Positions 37,366-49,800 of a stretch of 64,000 nucleotides of DNA are shown one piece after another. Position numbers and translations under genes: made by a program. This stretch comes from Chiloscyllium plagiosum. Its lineage: Eukaryota. Location: contig NC_057718.1 in the NCBI RefSeq assembly GCF_004010195.1, forward strand, positions 20,861,664 to 20,925,663, in the 5' to 3' direction. The notes beneath the pieces are model-generated. The model saw nothing but the letters and a program-made list of their open reading frames with translations, had not been told where the DNA came from and did not search any database. Positions within the stretch are counted from its first letter, which is position 1; every line of letters starts with the position of its first letter.

Positions 37366-40309
37366 AATAATACAAGTCATTTTTACCCAAGGTGCCTGTC
37401 TAAAGGGACTCCCAGATATGAATTAGTGTCCTCTTCATCTGCAATGGTCGACCACAGTTACTCCCCCAGATCATTGATGAAAATGGTTGGATCTAAGACA
37501 CTACCCTGTGCAACCTGGGTTCTTGTGGTGCATTGATGTCTGTGTCTCTGGGTCAATGTTTATTCCCAACTTTATTTGGTTGAGATGGTGGTGATGAGCT
37601 GCCTTAAATTGCTTTAGTCCTTGTGCTATAGGAAATGCTGTTAGGAAAGGATTCCAGGATTTTGACCTGACACTGAAGGAACAGCGATATATTTCCAAGT
37701 CAGAATAGTGAGTGGTTTGGAGTGAAATTTGTAGGTGGTGGTGTTTTATGTATGTTCTCCTTCCATATGGAAGTGGTCTTGGGTTTGGAAAATGATGTCT
37801 TAGGAGCTTTAGTAAATTTCAACAGTGTATCTTGTGGATGGTACACATTCCTGTTACTGGACGTTGGTAACAGAGACAGTGGATACTTGTGGAGGTGGGC
37901 TGTTTTATTCTGGATGGTCTCAAGCTTCTTGAGTGTTGTTGGAGCTGTACTCCAGGCAAGTGGGGGTATTCCATCACACCCTGACTTGTGCCTTGCAGAT
38001 GGTAGACAGGCTTTGGAGAATCAGGTGGTGAGTTACTTGCTGTAGAATTCTTCGTCTTTTGTAATCACTCTATTTGTATGTTAAGTCCAATTGAGTTTTT
38101 GGTCATGGTAACCCTCATGGTGTTGATAGTAGGGGAATTCAGTGATGGTATTGCTACTGAATGCCATGGGGCAACGGTTAGATTATCCCTTTTTGGAGGT
38201 GGTCATTGTCTGGCATGTGTGTTGGAATGCTAGTTGGCACTCTTTAGCCAATGCCTAAATATTGTCTAACGCTGCATTTGAACATGGATTTCTTCAGTTT
38301 TTGAGGAGTCGCAAATGACACTGAGTATTGTGTAAACATTGGTGAACATTGCTACTTCTGACCTTATTGTGGAAAGCTCATTGATGCGAATGGTTGAACC
38401 TAGGACACTACCCTGTGGAACTGTGGCTCTTGTGGTGCCTGTATCTCTGGGCAACTAAGCTTAGGTTCAAGTCCCACCTGCATCAGGGGTGTATAACAGC
38501 ATCTCTGAACAGTTTGATTAGAAATACCTACCCTGAGGAACTGCAGCAATGACTGACCTCCAAACACCACAACCATCTTCCTTTCCACCAAGTATAACTC
38601 TCAGCAGAGTTTTGCCCCTTGTTCCAGTCTTGCTAGTGCCTCTTGATGCCACATTTGGTTACATGTGGCCTTAATGGCAAGGGCATGCAGCTGAAAATGT
38701 GTTGCTGGAACAGCGCAGCAGGTCAGGCAGCACCCAGGGAACAGGAGAATCGGCGTTCGGGCATAAGCCCTTCAGGAAGCCCTGGCAAGGGCATGCACTC
38801 TTACCTCTGAAATTCAGCTCATTTGTCCATGTTTGAACCAAGGTTGTAATGAGACAGGAGCTAAATGGCCCTGGTGGAACAGCAAACTGAGTGTCAGTGT
38901 GCAGGTGATGTTTGAATAGCATAATCCATCACTTTGCTGATCTAGAGTTGACTGATAGGGCAGTAATTGGCCAGGTTGGATTTGTCCTTTTTTTGTGTAC
39001 AGAATGTACCTGGGCAATTTTTCACATTTTTTGGTAGATGCCACTGTTGTAATTGTAGTAGAACAGCTGGACTAGGGGGTGCAGCAAGTTCTGGAGCACA
39101 AGTCTTCAGTGCTATTGCTGGAATGTTGTCAGGGTCCAACACGTCCAGAAACCCAAGCCACTCTCCCCTACATCAAAGACATCTTGGAAATGACTGCCAG
39201 ATTACTCATCATGGTAGCCCACAAACCATGAACATCAACTAGCCACAAAAAGACATGACCCACTCTCACTAGTATCCTTACATACAGATGAGGAAGGATG
39301 TCACTTCAACTGGGACAACACATCCATCCTGAGACAAGCACAGCATTCCAACTGGAACTTTATCAACAAACACATTGATTTGGACCCCATTTACCACCCT
39401 GAGAGAGAAAAAACAGGAAATGAAATCACCACAGGAAATGATGTCACCAACCCAGGGGAACCTAAACACACAAATAGAAAGTGGGTCACAAACAACGGTG
39501 CTTCACTGAAGGCTCACTGATGATATTACCTAATACGATGATGAAACATCTGAAAATGCACCTCAGTGAGCAACTTATATCTAGGGACCATAGTTTTTGC
39601 TGTATCCAATGTATTTTGTATCCGCATGCATTTGTGGCAGGCAGATTGCTGAGGATGACTAAGTATGTTTTTCTCTCTCGTTTCTCTCACCGCCTGTCGG
39701 GGCACTGTCCTTTAACACTCGATCAGCTTGAACAGTAACGCTGCTACTCTTTGAGGAGAAAGTGAGGTCTGCAGATGCTGGAGATCAGAGCTGGAAAAGC
39801 GCAGGTGGTCAGGCAGCATCCAGGGAACAGGAGAATGGACGTTTCGGGCATAAGTCCTTCTTCAGGCGTGTTGGAATTTAGACAAATGAGAGGTGATCTC
39901 ATTGAATCATATGGTATTCTTAAGAGGCTGACAGGGTAAATGTTGAGAGGATGTTCCCTTCATGGGAGAATCTAGGACCAGAGGGCATAGTCTCAGCATA
40001 AAGGGTTGTCAGTTTATGACTTTGAGGAAGAATTCCTTCTGAGTTGTCTCTTTGGAACTCCTTGCCATAGAGAACTCTGGGACCAGAGTTCTTGTGTATA
40101 TTGAAGGCTGAGCTCGATGGATTTTTGATCAACGGGCGAATCAAAGGTTGCAGGGAAATGGATGTGAGGAATCTCAGATTAGCTGTAATTCTATTGAATA
40201 ATGGAGCAGGTGCGTGAAGCTGAACAGCCTACTTCTGTTCCTTTTTAAATCCTATAATCGGATGTTATCATCCCAATTTTGTTAGTAAGGAGGACATGAC
40301 AGGGTCAGC

Positions 40310-40925
40310 ATGGCTCTTATGTGGCCTCCTCTATATTGGGGAGACAGGCCGGCTACTTGCGGAGCGTTTCAGAGAACACCTCTGGGACACCCGGACCAAC
40401 CAACCCAACCACCCTGTAGCTCAACATTTCAATTCCCCCTCCCACTCCACCAAGGATATGCAGGTCTTTGGACTCCTCCATCGTCAGACCACAACAAAAT
40501 GATGGTTGGAGGAAGAACGCCTCATCTTCCGGCTAGGAACCCTCCAACCACAAGGGATGAACTCGGATTTCACCAGTTTCCTCATTTCCCCTCCCCCCAC
40601 CCTGTCTCAGTCAAATCCATCAAATTCAGCACCGCCTTCCTAACCTGAGATCTTCTTCCCGACCTCTCCGCCCCCACCCCAGTCTGACCTATCACCCTCA
40701 CCTTGACCTCTTTCCACCTATCACATTTCCGACGCCCCTCCCCCAAGTCCCTCCTCCCTACTTTTTATCTTAGCCTGCTGGACAAACTTTCCTCATTCCT
40801 GAAGAAGGGCTTATGCCCGAAACGTCGATTCTCCTGTTCCCTCGATGCTGCCTGACCTGCTGCGCTTTTCCAGCAACACATTTCCAGCTCTGATCTCCAG
40901 CATCTGCAGTCCTCACTTTCTCCTT
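40310..40925 (+). mobile_element. Penelope-like element 3' end (GIY-YIG plus terminal repeat)
   Basis: [39 protein letters not shown] peptide, followed by a pyrimidine-rich UTR and a hammerhead motif. Confidence 0.92.
40795..40830 (+). ncRNA. Minimal type-I hammerhead ribozyme motif
   Basis: CTGAAGA-a-GGGC-ttat-GCCC-GAAA-CG-TC; predicted cleavage after 40826. Confidence 0.78.
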
Positions 40926-42402
40926 TACGTCAGGTAGTCTGTCCAGTTTCATTTCTTTTTCAAGACTTTCTGGTGTTTGTTACAACTCAATGGCTTGCTA
41001 GGTCTTGCAGAGGGCAGTTAAGAGTCAATTGCATTGCTGAGTCTGAAGTCTATGTCGGCCAAACCAGATAAGGATGACTGTTTCCTTAGTGAACCAGATG
41101 GATTTTCCAACAATGCAATTTGAGAGTCTAAGGGTGACCATGAAAGCAGATTTTAAAATTGAATTCAAATACCATCTGTCATGTCAGCATTTGAATCTGG
41201 GCCTTGAGAACAGTACGTACGAGATGAATAGGTGAATGAACGTGCTGGATGAATAGCCTCGCCCTAAAAGAAAGGTAATGGTCTAGTGATATTAAGGAAT
41301 TTATCATCTAGTCATTGCATCCTGAGGTGAGACATTTGTGGATTTGTAAGTAAGGAATTCACTGACTACAATTTCATTCAGCGGGCCGCACAGAAATAAA
41401 TAGAACCATTTCAAAATTGTTCAGGTTTAAAACATTTTGGGAAGTTAGATGTTTAGGAGGATGCTTATTCTGGCAATCTATTTGTGATATGCCTATTAAC
41501 TGTGACAGGACATTTGCTCTCTTAAGTCACTGTTCTCTTTTAGAAGTTATGGAATTAAGTGTGGACAATTTGCAATTATTGAAAAGAATCTGACTCAAAA
41601 CTGATCCTGGTTGAAAGATATCCATTAGGACACAAGGAATGTCATATTCCTGGTTCTGTAGAGGCCATCTATAAACCTGTTGTGGCATGTTTTAGTTTAT
41701 TGTTTTGATAGTCAAACTGTATTGAAGAAATTAAATTGTCTCTGCTGCTTTTGGTGTATCTGCAGCGATTTAACTGAATCTGCTTTTGTTTTCTCTCAAT
41801 TTCACTGCAAGAAATTATGTTCATTGACAACATGACCAAGATTATTGCAGCAGAGTACAATTCAGGATAAGATGCATTGCAAATTATAGTTTTTAAAAAC
41901 TATATTCTTGTACCTTTAAGAACATAGAACAATATAGCGCAGAACAGGCCCTTTGGCTTTCAATGTTGTGCCAACCTGTGAACTAATCTAAGCTCATTCC
42001 CCTACATTATCCCATCGTCATGTGCTTATCCAAGAATAAGCACATAGCAATTTTAAAATTGTTAACCATTGACTATCTTTTGATTAGGTTGACATTTTAA
42101 TTCTTTGACTTAGTTGGTAAATACTAATCTGATTCTAACATTACCTGTAACTAAGTGCAGAGTTATCCATTCTGTCCTGGTTAATAATAAAACCAGACTG
42201 TCTTATCACTTGTTTTGTGGAATTTGCCTGTTGCATTTCCTGTATTATAACAGGAACTAAGATTCAAAAGTATGTCATTGACTGTAAACCACTTGTGTGT
42301 CCAAGGATGTGTAAGATACATTTATAAAGTAAGTACTTTTATACCTTGTCAATATGAACCAGATAAGTGTTTATGGACTCCTCCCCCCATTTCTCTTTAA
42401 GA

Positions 42403-42520
42403 ATGTCACCCAAAACTATGGAACCATTAGTGAGACGACTCTTTAGGGGAGTTTTAATCGTGGAGGTTGCAGGAGTAATTGGAGCATACTGGCTGTTTCA
42501 TAGGATGAATACCAGTCAAG
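42403..42520 (+). CDS. cebpzos: cebpzos coding exon 1
   Basis: ttaag|A ATG ... CAA G|gtaaga. Confidence 0.95.
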
Positions 42521-43616
42521 GTAAGAGTAACTTGATGCACCCACTGTTTTCCTTCAATGGTTAATTACTCAAGTAGTTAATAATTCATTAATCTGGTATT
42601 TTTGCTGAAAAATGCCAGAATAAAGGTATTTCACAAGGCTCTTGTAGCAGTGTTCCCTCAAGTCCCATCTTCTCTACTGTGCTTTAAGTTTGATAAATGC
42701 TTTTAGATAAATTTATGGAAGACATACCAGTGACTGCAGTGATTAACAGTTCTGGTATGAAATTAAGCAGAATTAACACCCACTACCTCCCAACTGTTAA
42801 TGTTTTCAAAATCTGTTTTATGAAAAATTAGCAGTAACGCTGCCCCTTTTGCTTTATGTATTCCCAAAAAACAGTTTTCTTCAGGTAACGAGAAGTTTTT
42901 GTTCTTAGATGACTGCTTTAGGCAACATGAAGATTATACAAATAAAGTGCACTTTTTTTCCCCCCCAGAGTTCAGACATTCCATGAACAAAAGATTTCCT
43001 TCTATTTTGGAAGGTGAGTACCAGTTCTAGTTTGAGAGATGAAATTGTGCTGTAAGGCTTCAATTGTTTTGAAATTTCTAAACAGCTCTAAATTTAGTTT
43101 GAAGTCACAAATTCAGTTGAATTTATAAAGCTAGGTTTCAAGCATTTCATGGAGAGTAAAACATAATCAAGGACAGTGTGAACAAAGACTTGTCAGATCT
43201 CTAAAGAGCAAATATGGCTTAGTTTTATATGCTTGAGCTTGTCTTTTACATACAGCAATTTTATACAAAATATAAAATTTTCTAATCCATGCTTCACAAT
43301 TCATACATGCATACTGCTTGAATAGTTGAGATTCTGACGTCTTCTGCATTTGTCTTTTAACCATCCTGTACTGTTTTCATGTTAATCTTTACTAAAAGAC
43401 GAATAAGTTCTTATTAAACTCTGAATCTTCCAATGTCATAGAAAAGTCCTTCTGATTTGCATTGTCTTCATTTTTAAAGAAAATATACAGGCATCCATTT
43501 TATAATTTGATACAAAATAACTTGCTGTACTATTTTCAGTTTATTATAAATCCAATGAGTGGGCAGGAATCTATGGAATCCGAGAACAGGATCAGGAAAC
43601 ATGGTCCAACAAGTAA
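42403..43616 (+). CDS. cebpzos: CEBPZ opposite strand microprotein, 79 aa, one predicted TM helix; 3 coding exons
   Basis: Exons 42403-42520, 42969-43013 and 43540-43616 total 240 nt: [79 protein letters not shown]. Matches recalled human CEBPZOS; all junctions GT-AG. Confidence 0.96.
42969..43013 (+). CDS. cebpzos: cebpzos coding exon 2
   Basis: polypyrimidine-cag|AG TTC..GAA G|gtgagt. Confidence 0.95.
43540..43545 (-). terminator. Candidate polyadenylation signal of cebpz
   Basis: First minus-strand AATAAA I found after the cebpz stop; lies inside cebpzos coding sequence. Confidence 0.45.
43540..43616 (+). CDS. cebpzos: cebpzos last coding exon
   Basis: tttcag|TT TAT TAT AAA..AAG TAA. 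Confidence 0.95.
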
Positions 43617-43689
43617 CCAGTAAATATGTAAGTACAAAGTCTAAATCTATAAAAGTTGATTTTACCAGGAAGGTTAGGAACAATTTTTG

Positions 43690-43695
43690 AATAAA
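43690..43695 (+). terminator. Candidate polyadenylation signal of cebpzos
   Basis: First AATAAA after the cebpzos stop codon. Confidence 0.55.
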
Positions 43696-43714
43696 TAGTT
43701 TTACTAAGCTGTGT

Positions 43715-43857
43715 TCATCTCTTCTCTTTTAAAAATCTCTTGTGTTTATTTTGTAGTTTTCTGGCCTTGAATTTGTTCTTCTGCTTACGTAACGTCCGTG
43801 CGTCTTTGCCTCTGATCCACGCATCACGTTCGGCTTCCCACTGTAGCTGCTTTATAC
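43715..43857 (-). CDS. cebpz: cebpz terminal exon ([22 protein letters not shown])
   Basis: ccag| acceptor, TGA at 43717-43715; basic C-terminus. Confidence 0.95.
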
Positions 43858-46800
43858 CTGGAGGAGTAGCATGTTGATATTCTTTACTGAGCCACCATGT
43901 AATTTCCAAATGGAAAAGCTTTGACAATAGATAAGTTTAATGGCTAGTATCTAGCCAATGGGAGGTTATATCTTGACTATTCAAATAAAGCATGAAATCA
44001 GATGTTCATGATTGTAAATAATGTTTTTGTGACATTAAAGATTTATAAAATTAAGAATACGACTTTGGTTTAAGCATACCAAAAATCCCCAATTACTACT
44101 GATTCAAAGTGTATAACTGAAAATATTGGTGTCAGAATAAAGTTAAAGGCTCAGTTACTTACTTGCTTTATCTTTGTTTGCCATTGCATTTATACCAATG
44201 TTGTCAAACTTTGATCCTGCATTTTCATCCAGCAGGTAACCAAACTATTTAAACAAAAATATTTAAATTTAGTTTCTGTCAAAGCACTACAAAAAATATA
44301 AAATAACCTCTGCAGTAATGGCAATTTTTACTTTGTATATTTTGATTCAACTGAAGTTTGACTTTTGTGTTCTCAACAACAAGAATACTCCTCTTTGGAA
44401 GATTGTGAATTACAAACTAGTAGAGCAATTTACGAATGCATGCTAAGTATGCTGCCTGAAGTACCCTCAAGTCTAACAGGATTGCTGTAATCTATTAATA
44501 TCACCTTAAAATGACAATGTACTACTTCTCACCTCTTCTGCAGCAGCAGCCATGTTAACGTCATCCTTAACACCCTTTTTCGGTTTCTTTCCTGAAACAG
44601 TACATATAATTCAGAAAATTTGCAAGTAAATCAACCACTTAACAAAAGCTACTTTCAGCTCCTGTTAGAAATAGTTCAACGTATCAACCATGGATAGGGT
44701 AAATAGACAAAGTCTTTTCCCTGGAGTTGGGGAGTCCAGAACTGGAGGGCATAGGTTTAGGGTGAGAGGGGAAAAGATAGAGAAGAGACCTAAGGGGCAA
44801 CGTTTTCACACAGAGGGTGGTACATGTATGGAATGAGCTGCCAGAGGAAGTGGAGGAGGCTGGTACAATTGCAACATTTAAGAGGCATTTGGATGGATAT
44901 ATGAATAGGAGGGGTTTGGAGGGATATGGGCCAGGAACTGGCAGGTGTGACTAGATTGGGTTGGGATATCTGGTCAGCATGGATGGGTTGGACCGAAGGG
45001 TCTGTTTCCATGCTGTACATCTCTATGACTATGTGACTCAGTGACAGGCTGCATGAATAATTTATATTCTGACATTAGTGAAAACCTAAGTTATCGTTCA
45101 GGAGAAGTGAAATTAAACAGTAAAAATGTCAAATGTTCTACAAAGCAGACCAATTAAAGCACTGACTGATAATAATTTCCAGAAGTAATTTTGTACCTGA
45201 AATAAATTTGGCGAAATCAATGTCTTTTTTCCTTTTGCCAGATGTTTTACACTTCTTGATTGCTGATACACTGTTGACCTCTGCATATTGTGAAAAAGTA
45301 TTGAGTGTAATTCTGGTTAAATTACTTGTACTGTATAAAAATCCTAATGTCAACTGATTATAGGTTTGTGCAAAGAACAAGAAGTTTGAAAATACAGTTA
45401 GCAACAAATTTCTTTCAAGATCTGAAAGATATGTTTATTATTTATTCTCACCTACCACTTAATTTTCATTCACTTATTAACTCATGAACCAACTTAATAT
45501 CATTCTTTAGTGCCCGGTAAGTACTGTATTTGAAAAAGTACATCAAGTTAAGTACCATCCAATATGGTTTATAAAGTGAAGATTTTGATTTATAAATACT
45601 TAGCTTCTCTGAAGTTCATTGCATTCATCAGGATAAAAGGTAGACCTACCTTTACTGTAAAATTAAGTTTTATTATGTAATATTGCAGCAAGCATAAACA
45701 GTACCTTCTGAATCATTCAGTTCATCCATAAACATGCCACCATCTTCTCCAACCCCTTCCTCAAAGTCTTCTTCATCCAAGCTTCCTAATGATACTTCAT
45801 CATCATCCAAGTCACCCATATCATCATCTTCGAGGTCTGAATCAGCTTCTTCAACTTGCTTTGCACTTTTTGACTTCTGTTTCATATTACTATGAAAATA
45901 GTTGACATTTGTTTTGACAAGTAAACAGCTTATTTTTTGCTATTGCCCAATAATGATGCTTTGCTATAAACTTATGAAAATTGGTTAGTTTCCCCTTTTG
46001 TGATCTGAAAGCATGACACCAAATTCCCCATTATGTTAGTGATGTTTGTTGCTTCCATTCGGTGTAGTGGATGCAGCATCTTCTCACACAGTAAGAAATT
46101 AAAAATTTATTCGGTTAGCAAATTGGCTAAAATAATACATAAAAGTGAACAAAACTGATGTGACTTTCGAATTACAAAGTTAGTTCCCAAACACAGTCTC
46201 TGGCATGTTGACTCTGGTTTCTCTCCACAGTTGCAGTTACACCTGTTGAGTTTTTCTAGCAATTTGTTATTGTTTCAGATCTACAGCAACTGTAGGTTTT
46301 TTAAAGTACTTTATATATTCAGCCTGCATAAAAATGCAAATTGAGCTGGACATCTGCTCACAAAAGCACAACAGAATGTTCAGTGTAGTCAAAATAAATT
46401 TAAGCAGAGAACGGCATTAAATTGGCTTGACGTAAGACCCCTGTTCTGCAAATCTGACATGCAGATTTCTGATGGCAAATAATCATGATTTCTAATCCAA
46501 TAAGTAAACTCCATTGATTAAAAATACTTTAATTGTCGAGACTATGGGGTACCAAATCAAAAGACAAATTGTTCCTCAAGATTGCACTGAGCTACAATAG
46601 AATAATGCAGCAAGCTATAGCCTTAAAGGTCAGTGTGACAGTATGGTGGAAAATTAGGATGACATCAGAAAATTTGGCTTGAGGTGTTTCACAAAATGAT
46701 CACCCAGTCTGTGCTTAGTTCAACTTTGCTTGATAACATTAGGTGGATTATGTGGCGGTGCGTTGCTTGACTCAAAATGAAGTTCAAGCACTTCAGATCA

Positions 46801-49800
46801 GAAACTCTGCCTCCTCCATCTTGTTCTGTATTTTTTTTATCCTTCCCCTTAGTTTTGCTAATTTTGTATTGTCTCTTTCTTTATCCTTTCACATTTCATT
46901 CAGATGTAGCAATTCATACCACATTTGGACACAACCTTTAATTCTTCATCACAACTATTGGCACTCGTTTTGCTTATTGTATTATGTTTGGCTGGGATGC
47001 TCTTCGGACAGTCTTTGTTGACTATGATTTCAATGCAAAAATGAGGACTGTAGATGCTGGAAGCCAGAGTTTAGATCAGAGTGGGGCTAGAAAAGCACAG
47101 CAGGTTAGGCAGCATCCGAGGAACAGGAAAATCGACGTTTCAGGCAAAAACCCTTCATCAGGAATAGAGGCAGGAAGCCTCCACTCTGGATTATGGGCTT
47201 TTGCTGACCTGCTGTGCTTTTCTAGCACCACTCTGATCTAAACTCTGGTTTCCAGCAAAAACCCTTAGTCAGGAATAGAAGCAGGAAGCCTCCACCCTGG
47301 AGACTTCCTGCCTCTTCCTGATGATGGGCTTTTGCCCGAAACGTCGATTTTCCTGTTCCTCGGATGCTGCCTGACTTGCTGTGCTTTTCCAGCACCACTC
47401 TGACCTAAACTCTATGATATCTATGTTTAGAAATTCGGCTACTCAAATTTTTGTCCACCTGTAAACTTCCAGTTTCCATCACAAAACTTACTGTGCCTCC
47501 TAACATACGTTGTTGTCAGCAAAGCCAATATATAACTCTATATTCCTTCATCCCAACCCTAAATTTATAAGTGCAGAGGAAAGAGAAGATTGTCGATGCT
47601 GGAGATCAGAGTCAAAGAGTGTGGTGCTAGAAAAGCACCGCCGGTCAGGCAGCGTCTGAGGAGCAGACGAATCAAAGTTTTGGGCATAAGCTCTTCATCA
47701 GGAATGAGGCTTATGGGCCAAGGGGGCTGTGTGTTAAATAGGAGAGGGGGGGGGGGGGGGAGAGGAGGGGGGAGGGGAGGGAAGGGGAGGGGAGGAAACG
47801 GGGAAACTGGTGAAATCCACACTGATCCCCTGTGGTTGGAGGGTCCCAAGGTGGAAGATGAGACGTTCTTCCTCCAGGTGTCGGGTGGTTAGGGTTTGTC
47901 AATGGAGGTGGCCCAGGACCTTCCCTCCATAACTCCCTTGTCAGGTTCACACCCCCCACCAACCACCCTGTCTCCACAAGAAGTGCAAAACCTGCACCCA
48001 TACCTCCCCCCTCACCTCTGTCCAAGGCTCCAAAGGATCCTTCCACATCTGACAGAAACTTTCCTGTACTTCCACACACCATCTACCTTATCTGTTGCAC
48101 CCAATGTGGTCTCCTCTACATTGGGGAGACAGGACACTAACTTGCGGATCGTTTCAGAGTACATCTCTGGGACACCTGCACTAACCAACCCCACTGCCCT
48201 GTGGCTAAAAACTTTGTCACACTCTGCCAAGGACATGCAGGTCCTGGGCCGCCTCCATCGCCAAACCCTAACCACCTAACACCTGGAGGAAGAATGCCTC
48301 ATCTTTCACCTTGAGACCCTCCAACCACAGGCGATTAATGTGGATTTCATCAGTTTCCCTGTTTTCTCCCCCCCCCCCCACCTTACCCCAGTTCCAGCCT
48401 TCTAACTTGACACTACCCTCTTGAATGGTCCTACCTACCACCTTCCTTCCCTCCTAGCTGCTCCACCCTCCTCTCCCACCTAGCATTTTCACCCCCACCA
48501 TCATCTACCTATCACATTCCCAGCTACCTTCCCCTGAGCCCCACCCCATCCCATTTATCTCTCATCCACCTTGGCCCACAAGCCTCATTCCTGATGAAGG
48601 TTCTATGCCTGAAACGTTGATTCTTGAATGCAACCTGACCTGTGCTTTTCTAGCACCACGCTCCTCAACCCTAAACTTTTAGGTGTACGATGAGGATCCA
48701 AGGGCCTATTTCAAGCTTCCCAGAAACATCACTTGCTACATTCTAACAATCAGAAAACAAACAACCGTGGGTGCTGGAGATCTGAAACAAACAAAAGCAG
48801 AAAATGCTGGAAGTATGATAGCATTGTGGACTGAAAACAGAATTAACGTTTCGATTCTGGTGACCCTTCTTCAGAACTTGTTCCTTTGTTTCTAATTTCT
48901 GCATCCTACAAACAATCGTATTTGCTGATAATCTGATGTGCAAGACCTTAGCAAATGCCTCTGGAAATCCATATATAAACACACAACATCCTAATACGCT
49001 AAGCTCTGCTGAGTGACAGGGCTTAGAATAATTGTCAAAAATCGACAGGCAATAATGTGAGTTTACATCAGAAAAATTGACCAAAACTGAGTACACTAAA
49101 GAGCAAGTTACTTCTGAAGAAAAACTGCAGCATTTAGCAGACCTATACAACAGAATAAATCTTACCTGGCAAAATCTAAACTGTTATCAATTAATCTGTC
49201 GTAAGACTTTTCTCCTTCATAGAAATCTGAAATGGCAAAATGTAAAGATAAACCTAGCTTGAAATATTGCATTTATATTGCAGTGAAACAACACCAGATA
49301 AAATCACTGAGAAAAGGAAATATCATAGATAGATATTGCCTACCACCACCACTCTACATGTTAGTTAGTCAAATTTCTATTTATCAGCTGCATACCTTTC
49401 AACGCACGTTTAAATCTAGTTTAACAATGCTTACCAAGTAGCTGCTCAAACTCATCATCATCTACATCTTCCACAGCTTCATCACTTCCTCGAAATCTTT
49501 GCTGCTTTTCCAATGTGTTAAGTCTTTTGTAATATCTGAATAAAATTACCATCCAATAGATTAGATACTTTAGACGTCAAAGCTGTTAAAATCTTAAGTT
49601 TTGTTACTACTGGATTCAAAACTGACGGTGACCTCGTCTCTATTTTCAACCTATGTCAGTTAAAACTTTAAATATCACAGGTATGTTGAAAAATAGCAGC
49701 CAAATCTGTGTTGCAGATTGTAGTCATAGGTTCAATTATTGGAGCTAAAAACTTAAAAAGAAACATTAGTCATGTACTTTTCAAATAAGCTTTCTACTTA

